This document shows positions 22,734-34,479 of a stretch of 64,000 nt of DNA, in pieces. The position numbers were made by a program, and so were the translations under genes. Below the pieces are notes generated by a model, which was not told the DNA's origin, did no database searches, and was given only the letters and a program-made list of their open reading frames with translations. The DNA comes from Laetmonice hystrix. Its lineage: Eukaryota. The stretch spans positions 33,606,001-33,670,000 of the forward strand of contig OZ249440.1 of the NCBI GenBank assembly GCA_965235115.1. Direction: 5' to 3'. Every line of letters starts with the position of its first letter. The first letter of the stretch is position 1.

Positions 22734-23516
22734 TGTTTATCCTCTAGCCCTTGCACATGTATTTTGGAATCATTCCGCTTGTCACACTCATCAGGCCCAC
22801 AGTCAGCTGTTACTGACTGAAGAAAATTATGATTTTTGGGGGGACAATTCCTCAAGTATGTTCAAAATGTATGACCAAAATGTTAATGCTTTAAAACACA
22901 CACCTAATTTAAGTTTAACCCAGTCTGTTAATATGTTATAGGAATTATACTATGGGCCAATCACACCACAGGAAGAGTGACACTAATAGTAGGCCTACTG
23001 ACACTGCCATGTTTTTTTGACAAACTATTTTCAGTGTGACCATTTAAATTTTACATCGCAACGGGAAATAAGACCAACTCAGGCAGAAGTTAGGACACAG
23101 ACTTTAAACCTTCCAGAATTGCTTCCTTTGGGCCGTTATCCATTTTGTAAGAGACCAAAAGGAGTAGAAATCTTTGAGAAATGTACGGTTCACACATCTA
23201 TGGAAATACACACCACAAAGAGTTGGTGTCATCAAAGCAGGTGCATCCACTATACGTAAATGGTGACACCATGCTGAGGTACACCATGACTCCATACTGA
23301 GGTAAACAGCGTGGTTTCAGAATTGGAGATGGTGTCAGCACTGTGTTGTGAATAGTCCCTAAGACCAACTCAGACAGAAGTTAGGACACCGACTTTAGAC
23401 CTTCCAGAATTGCTTCATTTTGGACGGTAATCCATTTTGTAGGATACCAAAGGGAGTAGAAATCTTTGAGAAATACCATAAGCATGTATGGTTTACACAT
23501 CTATGGAAATACACAC

Positions 23517-23573
23517 CTTCATTTCCATCCAGCTTCTCACATTCAGCAGTATCTGAAGTAGAACCTATCTTAC
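23517..23573 (-). CDS. Candidate 57-nt phase-1 exon of the Ig-domain host gene (GKIGSTSDTAECEKLDGNE)
   Basis: ttatag acceptor, gtgtgt donor, open frame phase-compatible with the upstream Ig exon. Confidence 0.35.
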
Positions 23574-24013
23574 CTATAACAATCTATATTATTTTAAGCT
23601 GTCATACATTTGAAAATTTACCGTCACAGCCCCCAACTGGGCTGATGCTCGTAGACATAGTTGACGCCACTTACACTGAAACCAACATCATGAATGACGT
23701 AGTTATGCCCCACAGTTTTCCTCTAATATGAGTATAATTATTTGATTTGTAATCAGTGGATTAGTTGATGCCACTTAGACTAAAACCAAAGTCAACAAGC
23801 ACACCTTTGTGTCCTACTGGTTTCCTCTAACATGACTAACCGATGCATCTACCTGATGGCCTTACAGGGGGGCCTGCCATCGTGATACTTATTTTATTTG
23901 TAATCAGTGTAGCCGGACTGCCGACACTGCCGTCTCACAGCGCAATATATACTGACGTCACATGAGAGCGTCCCTTAATCTGATTGGTTTAATAGCTAGT
24001 AGACGCCCTCTAC

Positions 24014-24189
24014 CTTTGATGTAGAGGTTGACTGAACATGACATCTCCCTGAGTGCGTTGGTGGCCAGGACCTTGTATGTTCCCTTATCACCCTGGGAGA
24101 TGTTCTCAATGATGAGAAAGTATGTCTCCTTGTCCTCAAACAGCAACTTGAATCGGTCATGTGAATTCATCTCCTCACCATTATGACTC
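24014..24189 (-). CDS. Exon encoding the C-terminal half of an Ig I-set domain (titin/twitchin/obscurin/MLCK-like)
   Basis: atgcag acceptor, phase 2 (W)SHNGEE...YFLIIENISQGDKGTYKVLATNALREMSCSVNLYIK, then g|gta donor. DxGxY motif present. Confidence 0.8.
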
Positions 24190-25482
24190 CTGCATAAAAC
24201 ATCAAAAAGGCCATCTGACATGGTCCATTGAAAAAATATCACAAGACTGGATTTTAAATGCATAACATTTAAGTCATTATTTCAGAGTAGGAAAGTGTAT
24301 TTAATTAAAAATGTATATTCCAGTAAGTTAAAGCTAAATGCAACAATCCAGCTACCTTATACCTTCCCATATGCCTTATACAATAAAGAATAACATCAGA
24401 AATAAATGCAGGTCAATAGGTTTCACATAAACGAGAATGCCAACCTTAAACTACGAGTACCCTACCTCTAGCCGAGAATTGAACTCGGCGCCATTTTACA
24501 TCACATTATCACATGGGAGATTGATTCAGCCAATCAAAAACAGTCAGGTCACCCGGAAGTGTGACGTCGCCAGAGCCGCGAGTTTCGACCAGCTGTCAGA
24601 TCGGGTGAGGATACAAGGTAGTCAGAGAGTCTAGACTGAGAGCTGCGAGTAAGATTATCCGTGTCATAGTACTAGGAGACCGATCAGCAGGTCTAACCAC
24701 ACCACTGACTTGGTGCTGATACTTCGTGAAGATATGCCTGGGTGTGCTGAACGGTAGCCCGAGGCTCCAGTGCACGCCATGTCCCCGGCCGTAGACTGCC
24801 GCGTAGTCTGTCACTACTGTGTCAGACTCCATCCATGACCCGACCAGTGTACATTTCATTCCCCAGTTGACAATTCTCCGTATAAATAATAGCTTTCAGC
24901 CATCATTTCATGCGTTGGAGGGTATTGCGACGAATTTCTGTTCGTTTAAGCGCCCTGTAAGAGATTTTTCACTATGTTGTTGATCGACCAAATTGGCATG
25001 TCTGGCTCCGTCCAACCACCAGTGCACGCCCGTCGGGAGCACCGTGCTGCCCCGTTGGCGTTGCGTTGTTGACTTGACCACCTGACTCGGGTGTCGGGGT
25101 GAGTGAGGCATGGAGCCTGGGACAGGGCACGCATGAAAGGGGACATGAAGTCATGTAATCGACATGAGCCGAGATAACCATGGTCCGAGTTCACCAGTAA
25201 CCATTATTGTACATAGTGTCGGTGAAGATGGTTGACCAACACAGTGATTGGGAATGGGGTAGGCTCTAGGGACGCCATTTTCTTAAGGTCTCACGGCAGT
25301 GTCTGGTGCAAAATGGCCGCAGTAGGCAAACGGTCAACTGTCAGTTTCTATCGGGGATTACTTTTAACACACAGACTTTGTGGGAATTAGATGGTGGCAG
25401 GTAAAAGGCACTATACCATGGTTATCCATGGGCCCTATTGCTTGTGGAGGTTTCGGATCACTTTAAAGAATGTGGTGCTCAC

Positions 25483-25596
25483 CAGACAACCTCAGGCTCG
25501 GGTGGCCAGCGATCTTTGCCTCAAACCTGACGTGAGACCCCAGCTTGGTGTCAATGTCTGACAGTTTACTCTTCAAGTTCGGAGCCATCTCTAGTT
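25483..25596 (-). CDS. Exon encoding the N-terminal half of the same Ig I-set domain, with an apparent 1-nt deletion
   Basis: MAPNLKSKLSDIDTKLGSHVRFEAKIAGHP then EPEVV(W) in the shifted frame. TG|gtgag donor completes the Trp codon with the G at 24189. Confidence 0.7.
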
Positions 25597-25953
25597 CTGG
25601 AACCAATTGGTGCCATCAAAACAAGAGCATATCACACTGCAGGGGAGGGGGTTACACCATAGGAACAGTTGGTGTCATCAAAACAGGTGCATCACACTAG
25701 GTAAATGGTGTCCATGATTTACCTCCTTTCGCGGACAAAACAAAATGCCATTTGTTAAATGGCTCTACTGGTCAGGGAAATTTAACTCATGGATCAAGGC
25801 ATCTAACCTTCAGGATGTGTAATCATGCAAAAGGATCATACTGTGATGAAGTCATTCACCCCATCTTCAGCACGCTATGTTATGTAGTGTGGGTGACTAG
25901 ATTGGTAGAATACTACAGTAGAAAGCTGAGGTCATCTATCAATCATCACCCAT

Positions 25954-26280
25954 GTGGTCACTGACACGCTATTAATTTAGCTGTAAACCACTCGTGCTCA
26001 TTATTGTGGTCAATTTAGCTGTAAACCACTCATGCTCATTATTGTGGTCAATTTAGCTGTAAACCACTCATGCTCATTATTGTGGTCACTGACACGCTAT
26101 TAATTTAGTTGTAAACCACTCATGCTCATTATTGTGGTCACTGACACGCTATTAATTTAGCTGTAAACCACTCATGCTCATTATTGTGGTCACTGACACG
26201 CTATTAATTTAGCTGTAAACCACTCATGCTCATTATTGTGGTCACTGACACGCTATTAATTTAGCTGTAAACCACTCATC
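25954..26280. repeat. Tandem minisatellite, 52-bp unit with shorter deletion variants
   Basis: Repeated tgtggtcactgacacgctattaatttagctgtaaaccactcatgctcattat. Confidence 0.92.
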
Positions 26281-27332
26281 ATCAGTGTGGTCCATCATAA
26301 TAGTAAATAGTACTGTGGATGATAGACAGAAAATAGTTAGATTGTTCACTATGTTTTTGTTAGTATCTAATTGTAGATCTATAGAAGGAGGGGAAAACAT
26401 TAGGTGGACCCACTCCATAGGGTTAGTTAGGTAGGTGATGCTTGATACGAGGTGACCTTCACGTGGTAAGCATTGTCAGTAGTGTGTCATTACACATGAA
26501 GCTAACAACCTCAGGACTTCCATCAATATCTTCAGGTTCTGTCTATGGGTAGCTAGAGGTAGTGGTGAACTATACACATCATAGGCACCTTGCAATAATA
26601 CCATTTGTGAATAGCATTCAAATATTGGTTTTCTGGAACAAAGCATAACGCCATAGCTGCCCTTCTGGTGCATAGGGTTACATAACATATGATGCAAGAG
26701 CTACCCCCAGGCACTGCTCAAAGCATCCTCAGTGACCCTGTCACCATAGTGATCTATAATTAGACCAGCGCCACCACCAGTGGTGGCGCTTGGTCGGAGG
26801 CAAGTTTACTATAGAAGTCTATGGGAATAGAGCCACCACGTGTGCCACAACCGGTACTTTTACACTACTTGAGCCACTGCAAAACGCAACCATGCGGCTG
26901 TCTTTCGTTTTAGGTTGCAAGCATCGTAGTGATCAATGTGGTTTGAAATGTCATTTAGTCATTTAGGTATTTACTTTTCCACAAGGAATAAGGGAACTGA
27001 GGAGATGGGAGAGACTTTGCAGGTTTTTATATTTTTGTTGTATGAGCCTGCTAGGCCAGGCCTAAATCACTGATTCATTTCAGTAAACCGTTTTCCAATG
27101 AAAATTAGAATCTATTACATAACATGAATCGGACCAAAACTTTGTCAGTGTTTAGCGTTAGCCGCTATATGTAATAATATAAGCCAACGTGTAATTCTAT
27201 AAGCCAAAGTGTAATTCATGTCACCAGAGGGTTCCATACAGCAGGTAGGCCCCCGTACTGCGAAACTGAACGTAATGTCTAATGAAAAACACGCCGAGTT
27301 CAGAAAACCAAACGGTGCTGTGATCATCTGCT

Positions 27333-27544
27333 TCACCGTCCGTGGACGGTTACGTAACCAAGGCCCAGGCCTTCACTGCAGCCCTCACCGTCCGTGAACG
27401 GTTACGTAACCAAGGCCCAGGCCTTCACTGCAGCCCTCACCGTCCGTGAACGGTTACGTAACCAAGGCCCAGGCCTTCACTGCAGCCCTCACCGTCCATG
27501 GACGGTTACGTAACCAAGGCAAGGCCGAGGCCTTCACTGCAGCC
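27333..27544. repeat. Four tandem 52-bp units rich in palindromes
   Basis: Unit tcaccgtccgtgaacggttacgtaaccaaggcccaggccttcactgcagccc starts at 27333, 27385, 27437 and 27489. Confidence 0.95.
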
Positions 27545-28121
27545 CCTGGGCCTGGACCCCGGCTATTGAGATTTCACACACCTCTCCTGACTTTAGGGTT
27601 GACTATGCATGTTTGAATAGATTATCTCCCCAAGCCTGCACCTTTTTTTTCTTTGTCCCATGGAGAAGGGTGAAAGAAATCAGTCAGAATTTTTTTCTCT
27701 CCTGTTTACTCCAGTTATATGATTGTAATGTTATACTCTATCAAAATCAGGGCTGTACTTAGTACCCGCCCGCAAGCCAGGATACACCTCTGATTAAAAT
27801 GATCAACCATTATATTTTCTAGTGTTATTCAGTGTACCAAACCCAACCTCCCACTCAGACATAAATATGTTATGCACCCCTTTCTTAAAGTTGGTAGATC
27901 ATGAGAAACCAAGAACACAAAGAACTCATAGGCAAGGATATTAAATGTAGGGCATGCATTATCATTGCAGGAGAGATGATAGGAAGTAGATGCAACCCAT
28001 GACCGTATTTGTAGCTGCCATTTTGTCGATGGGGAAAAAAGAAAGTGGACCAACAGTTTGTGCCTGGAATCTAAACAAACACTTTAACTACAGTGAACCA
28101 GATCAAAGGTATGTGCACATA

Positions 28122-29175
28122 CACTACCATCCAAAAGTATTTGCTCACCATGCAGATCAGTAATTAAAACTAAACTACCAGGGACCCATTTGACTGCAGG
28201 GTTATAAATGTCTGTGTGTGTGTGTGGGGGGGGGGGTAGTGTAGTGTATAAGTAATGAAATCACTCAAAACCAGAGATGATCAGTAGTCAATGTGGTATC
28301 CCCGGGCTTGGACAACTTCACGGCAGCGTGTAATCATGCTGTCAGCCATTTTGATGGTGACTTGAGCTGGCCATTTTAGCACATGAAAACTCCAGTCACA
28401 TACATCTTTCAAGGAATCTGGTGTGGGATGGCAGGGCTCGAAAATTCCATTCAAAGTTTAGTAGTCGTTTGGCGAGTAAACCTTATAATTCACTCGCCAC
28501 AACTTGGCAGCTAAATCCCGGGAAGCTTTCAACAAGCCTTCATGTTCCATTCAGAATTCCCTTCTTTGATAAATTTTTTACACCTGTTAGTGTTCGTGTT
28601 AGGATCTAATTTGCCTTTAAATGCGTAGGCGTAATGACACTACCGTAATTTCCGTCTTTAAAGGCGCACCTTGTTATTAGGCGCACCCCCCCTTTTTTGG
28701 CAAAATCCAGGACCAAATCCATAAATAAGGCTTACTGTCCGATAAGGCGCAGTCAGAGCATTCATGCTGCCATGCTGCCACCTAGTGAGTTGCTTGCACA
28801 CTAACTTTTCCCGCCCTTTAGCCACGTGGTATAGGCCCCATACGTGATTATTCCCCGTAGTAACATTCCCATGAAATTTGAAGTTTAGGGATGGGGGATG
28901 GTTAAGGCGTTAAGTCTGAGAACAAAGACGAGAACCAGAAACTACTGGCAATGTATCGAGTTCGTGGGGATGGCGGTAAAAGAGTGGCAATTTTTTAGAT
29001 GAAATTTATTAAGTTTTATTCGCCAAATGTCTACCGGCTGGAATTTTGTTCTCGCCAAGACAAACTTTTCATTCGCATTTGGCGATAAGGCGAGCGGAAT
29101 TTTCGAGCCCTGGATGGTCAAACCAATCTTGGACACACTTGGTGCTAGGTGGGCAAATACTTTTGGATGCTAGTG
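28122..29175. mobile_element. Tc1/mariner-type non-autonomous element
   Basis: 28-bp TIRs cactaccatccaaaagtatttgctcacc / ggtgggcaaatacttttggatgctagtg, with TA on both sides. Confidence 0.8.
28432..29112. mobile_element. hAT-like MITE with 5-bp TSD (hAT5-type), nested in the Tc1-like element
   Basis: TIR cagggctcgaaaattcc / ggaattttcgagccctg. TSD GATGG at 28427-28431 and 29113-29117. Confidence 0.85.
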
Positions 29176-30562
29176 TAGGTAGGGTGTTCCAGAGGAAATG
29201 GTACTCTAAAGAATTTGGACAATGTTAAAACATCACTCAAAAATCATGAAAGCTAGTTTTAACACTTGACTTTCTCAGATACTCAAGATTGCCTGTATAC
29301 TCTCTAAATTAAGCTTTAAAAACAATCACCGAATGATAACATTGGCTTTGTTGAACGTGGTACCATATAAATCACCATCCAGTCTAAACAATAAAGTATG
29401 CATGGTGTATTTTAATACTATTAGAATGAGGTTCTCAAGTAAGTCAACTTAAAAATAACAAGCATAATGAACTTTGCTTGCAGAGGCAAGAGAAAGGGGC
29501 ATAAAACACCTAAATATAACGAAACAGAAATTAGGGAAGAACACAACTATGGTAATCCCTGCAATGTTCAGGCTTGCAAAATGAGCATACTGTCCCTGAC
29601 AGACAAAATCACTCAGCTAGAGGAAGACTTTGAACACGCAACAGCTGAGTAGTAGGCAGGCACCTGAGAAGATGTCAGTGAGCTCCATAAAGGACAATGA
29701 TGAAAAGGTACCAAATAGATAAGTTTAATTCTGCTACCATGATTTGGTAATGTTTTGTTGTCAATGGTTGAATATTTGCATTGAAAACAAATTTTCCATT
29801 CAAAACAAATTTTCCATTCAAATTCTTTTTAGCATGAGGATGAATAAATTATTATAAACTATACCGGTCAGTATTCCCTTCCACCTAATAGCATTGCAAC
29901 ACACACACATCAAATGATAGCTTTTTATCATCTAGATGGAATCAATTAGATATTTGCTTGTGTACTAATTGACCTCTTTGTACTTTGTTCTAGTTCAAAT
30001 TCACTTTTGGGTGTGAGTTATGTACTCTTTGTAGAAATTTTCCAGTTTAAAATCATCTTGTCCTGATTATTAAAAAGTCAAATCTGAAATTACTAACATG
30101 GACAAGGATGTTGAAATAGCATTTAAATATTTCCAGTCTATCCTGTTAAGCAAAAATAAAGCTTTACATCTCCTTTGTGAAATCAAAAAACGGCCAGGCC
30201 CCTACATATCTAATGATGCCCCCCCCCCCCACTCCCAAACATCACCAATAAATCACCATACAGAATAAGTTCCCCTATTTTTTACAACAGATGTTGCTGT
30301 ATACATCCCTACAATACGATGTCTTCATCGTTCTAGTAAATGTCCTACAACGCTTCAACCTCAAATATTATGCTGGGTGGACTGGTACATCCTTCACTTT
30401 GGAGGATCAACTTCTGCTAACACTTAATAAGCTTCGGCTTAATTCAAAGGATTTAGACTTGGCCCACAGGTTTGGGATCAGTACTGCAACTGTTTCAAAC
30501 ATCTTTCACACATTTGTCACTGCCCTTCATGAGTTACTTTTCGTTAGTGTACTCGGGCAAGG

Positions 30563-30830
30563 GGGGCCTCGGGTGGCCGAGTGGTCTAAGGTGTCGGCTC
30601 CATCATGACACCTAGGACCATCGTCTCACACCGCTGCGACCCGGGTTCGATTCCCGGCCTGGGCTGCATGTGTGAAAGGTTTGTCAGTCAGTTCCTTCCC
30701 GAAGGTCGGTGGTTTCCTCCGGGTACTCCGGTTTCCTCCACCAAGAAAAACTGACTTTCATCTCATCTTCACCGCCGTGATATGACCCTGGCTGTTGCAA
30801 GGCGTAAAACCCCAAATACCCACCCCACCC
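30563..30830 (+). mobile_element. tRNA-derived V-SINE with LINE-like 3' tail
   Basis: A box gtggccgagtgg, B box ggttcgattcc, V-domain ggtttcctccgggtactccggtttcctcc. 12-bp TSD actcgggcaagg at 30551-30562 and 30831-30842. Confidence 0.92.
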
Positions 30831-32039
30831 ACTCGGGCAAGGAATTCCAAGTCAACTAAAATGCAAGGGTTCTATGCCAAAGTCTGACAAGTTTGCATCT
30901 GCTCGTCCTGCAGTTGATCCCACTGAAATAACACAAGATGTTCCGCAGGATCTTGAGAAGCAAGGTGCTTACTATAGTTCTTACAAAGGCAGGCACACAG
31001 TCAAAGCTGTCACTTGTGTTGCCCCAAATGTGGCAATTGTTTATGTCAGCGATTCGAATCCAGGCTCAACATCTGATGTGGCAATTGTCCAACACAGTTT
31101 AAATGCTAGAACGCTTTGAGGCTGGAGATGTCATCTTAGCTGACAAGGGATTCACAATCCATAAACTACTCCCTCAGGGTGTAAGTTTAAATATTCCACC
31201 TTTCTTGATAGGCAAATCATACTTCACCCCAGAAGAAGCCAAAATGTGTCAAAAAATTGCTCTTTCGACATGAATGCGGGCTCGAGCTAATGGAAGGATA
31301 AAAAAATTCGACATTCTAGCCTAGGGCACATTAGTTCAAACCACAGGTCCCTGGCAACAAAGATATTTCAAGTCTGCTGCTGTTTAGTGAATTTACAGGA
31401 TCCCCTGCTAAGAGAAATTTCTGAAAAATACACTTGCTAACATGGCATTATAGTAGTAGTAGGTTATTACTATAACATTCTAATATACAAGATTTCTGAA
31501 GTTGAGGTGTAGCGAGCAGGAGCAAAAAAAAATAAAAACTTCAGAGCGAATATTATAGTTTATACCTTATACCTTTAGCGAGAGTAGCAAGGTGGCCTGA
31601 AATAAAGATTACGGATGGTAAGTTATAAGTACTCGAAGTAAAAGGCATGCAATACACAAGTCTCTAAAGAAGGATCTATAGGCGGTCAACTTAATTCAGT
31701 CAGTATTCTATAAGAGATGAGACACATGTCACAGGTAACAGTGTTCATATAGAAGTTTGAAACATTTGTGAAGTCTGCATCAGGGAACTGAATCCTTGTG
31801 CGCTCCATTTCCTGGCCTCTTGCATATTACATGTTTTTCTGTTTGTTGCAAGCCGCAGGCACAGAGACGACTTTCTGGTTCGGTGCGTGACCAGCAGCCA
31901 GTCTCCATGGGCAGTTAATGGGAGGAGAGTCACAATCTGGTCGCAGCCGTTCGCTCGTGTTCAGGGAGGTCGTACACGTTATCTGAGTACATAGCATGAA
32001 CCTTTAGGTCCGGGTTCAACTTAAGATAAGCCATAACAT

Positions 32040-32429
32040 CTGCTACCCCAAGTAGAAGGAGCCAAAGAAGACCTCAACGCGTCTTTTACCAGAGGTAGGT
32101 AGCTATTGGCTGAATCCAAGGGTTGAACGACTCCGGGCTGACCCAAGAAGGAATCAGGCAGGCAGGAAGGCTGCACCCGGCAATGATTGACGGAAGGCTT
32201 GAAATTCAAAACGAGATAAGGAATCAACCGAGACATTGAAAAGTCCCGGGACATGACGAGCCCTGACCTCAATGTTATATTTCAAACCCAGAAGAAACAA
32301 CACACGAAGGAGTGGTATAACTTCCGAAGAAGAAGAATGCTGATTGTTAATTATCTCAACTAAAGCTTGATTATCTATGTGAAATATGTGATGGCACACA
32401 CGATTTCCAGCCAATCGTGTAAATGTCAC
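32040..32429 (-). mobile_element. DIRS/Ngaro-like retrotransposon fragment (RNase H end and start of tyrosine recombinase ORF)
   Basis: FHIDNQALVEIIN...ARHVPGLFNVSVDSLSRF, overlapping the start of a second frame LVKDALRSSLAPSTW. Confidence 0.75.
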
Positions 32430-34479
32430 AATTCTGAGTAAATGATGACCAAAGTTGGGACTGCACCAGTTGCTGACACACGTGTTGTTGACTGTGATGA
32501 AACAACTGCAATCACTTTGCTCTAACTCTCGTGTGTTTTCTCACATATCCAGTACGGTTTTCACTTTTAGCATGAACAGAACCTTCACATGACAGTAATA
32601 CCAGGGTTTTTATCTTAGTTTTTAAAGCTATGTCTATAATGGGTCAAACGTCACAGAGATGTTGAGCTGTACAAACGTCATAGTTTCTATTGTCTATTGT
32701 TAGGGATCTCTGGGTGTTTTCAAAAGTTATTTATATAATCAAAATTTATAGGGCGCACAAGTCTCGTGTCCTAGATATGCAAATGAGCAGAAATAGCCTC
32801 GAAACGCGTCACTCTGGCACCTAAACGATTGTTACGTCATAATTTCCCCATTGGTTTAACATAGGATGAGAAAACACCCTTTCAAACATCGACCCGATTT
32901 TTGTTAATTTTGACATCTAAACCATGATACGTATTTTTTCATATGTCTAACAGGTTGGTGCTCTTGTTTTGTAAGGTACAACAATGAATGCGCCCTAACA
33001 ATGTAATAATAATATTTAGAAGTTGACAGCTGCCGGCTCCTATGAGAGTCGCAATGCTAAAGTGACGAGACTATGATCGCGTGGGTGCCAAACGTCACAG
33101 TTCTCGAGATTTCTTGTGCTCTGTCGTGACCTACTTGCGTCCCCTATTACACTAAATACATCTGAAAGCATTTCTGCAATGTATACCCAAGTTATGATAC
33201 CCAGTTACTTGGCAGACAGTCTAATGAGCAGTGATTACTGAGGCCGACATCCTGGCACTAGTGAGCTGCTTCACAGAGGCGGGAAACAATAGGTGAGAAA
33301 ACACCAGTATTACGGTTCCCTGTGATGAGTGACTCTGCCCCTATGACTGTACTGCCTTCATTAATAAAACAACCTCCCAAACGAAAGCTGGGGAAAACCA
33401 TCAATGCAGACATATGTCACACAACAGATTATATTGTTCGTTAACTTAAACCAATTAGAATACAGCCAATGTTGACAATTTCCTATATTTCCCCCAAACG
33501 CTCTAAACATCAAGCAGAACGCTATCCTAGGTCGTACCTGCCTTTTAGCTGAGAAAGAAACGCTAATCTGGACATATTAACATGAATTCGTCAGCCGTGC
33601 ACTGTTAATCCGTTCTTGCGCATTGAGACGCCATTTGAACTGGGACTAGGTACGGACAGGGGAATTCCATGGTGTCACGTGACGCGCACCTGCTTGTTGA
33701 CACATTCAGACAAGATCATGGCATCAGTAACGACTTTGATTGTATGCCTATATCTCCCGGCTGAGGCCCCGTACAAGCCCCGGCCGATTTCCCGGCTGGC
33801 TCAACTGACCAAACGTCAAATTAAAATCTAATTAAAATCGCACCTGTCGAGTAGAATCTCAGCAAGTCCGGCATTATTGTCACTGTTGCAACTCCCCGGC
33901 ACACCTCCCCATGCTCCCGTTAATAATGCGTCCATCGCTCAAATGCATGGCAGGCTCACCGAGTGACCGGGAACTGATAAAAGTTAGATCGCTCAGGCCT
34001 AGTGCCCGAAACGGGTTGCTTCACTCTGTGCCGTCAGTGTCTGCTAACACGTAGCGCGACCTACTTATGCTGTCCGTTCCGTATCCATACCAACGTTAGT
34101 CTATAGTATAGATCTATAGAGGTCGGAAATACGCACACGGGTCCAGTCGTCACTGGCGCTGCTCTGTATTTGAACGGAGAATTTCACCTACTAAGATAAC
34201 ATCCAACAAAATACATTTACGTATCTGCTGAAGTAACCTCTTTTGTGTACCCTCAGCAAGTTTCAGCGCTAAAAGTGATTTAAACTTGACTTTGTACTCG
34301 ACGGTCAGAGTCCGTATGTCCGTTGTTGCCTTGTTTTTGCTTGCTTGTTTCTTTTGTTGGTTGATGTTCCATTGTCGTCTGATGTTGTGGAGATCTTACT
34401 TGGCTTGACCGGATTGGTAGGGTTGGTTGAGTAAACCAGGGGTGAGGCGAAACCATAAGTACCATGACAGTTAATCAGT

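Larger units (their letters stand above)
26892..31440 (+). pseudogene. Multi-exon THAP + HTH + DDE_Tnp_4 transposase (Harbinger/ISL2EU-like), decayed
   Basis: Exon ~26892-27021 (GCKHRSD...FTFP..RRWERLCR); exon 27971-28108 (RICSCHFVDGEKRSGPT); exon ~29484-29707 (EEHNYG..SIKDNDEK); exon from 30291 (LEDQLLLTLNKLRLN..DLAHRFGIS, YSSYKGRHTVK, GSTSD, LADKGF, LNIPPF). Confidence 0.8.

Noticed and set aside
25954..27544. CRISPR-like arrays
   Set aside because: Units are head-to-tail with no unique spacers, there are no cas genes, and the context is eukaryotic.
30563..30660. tRNA gene
   Set aside because: The A/B boxes are the head of a SINE with V-domain, tail and TSD. No full cloverleaf.
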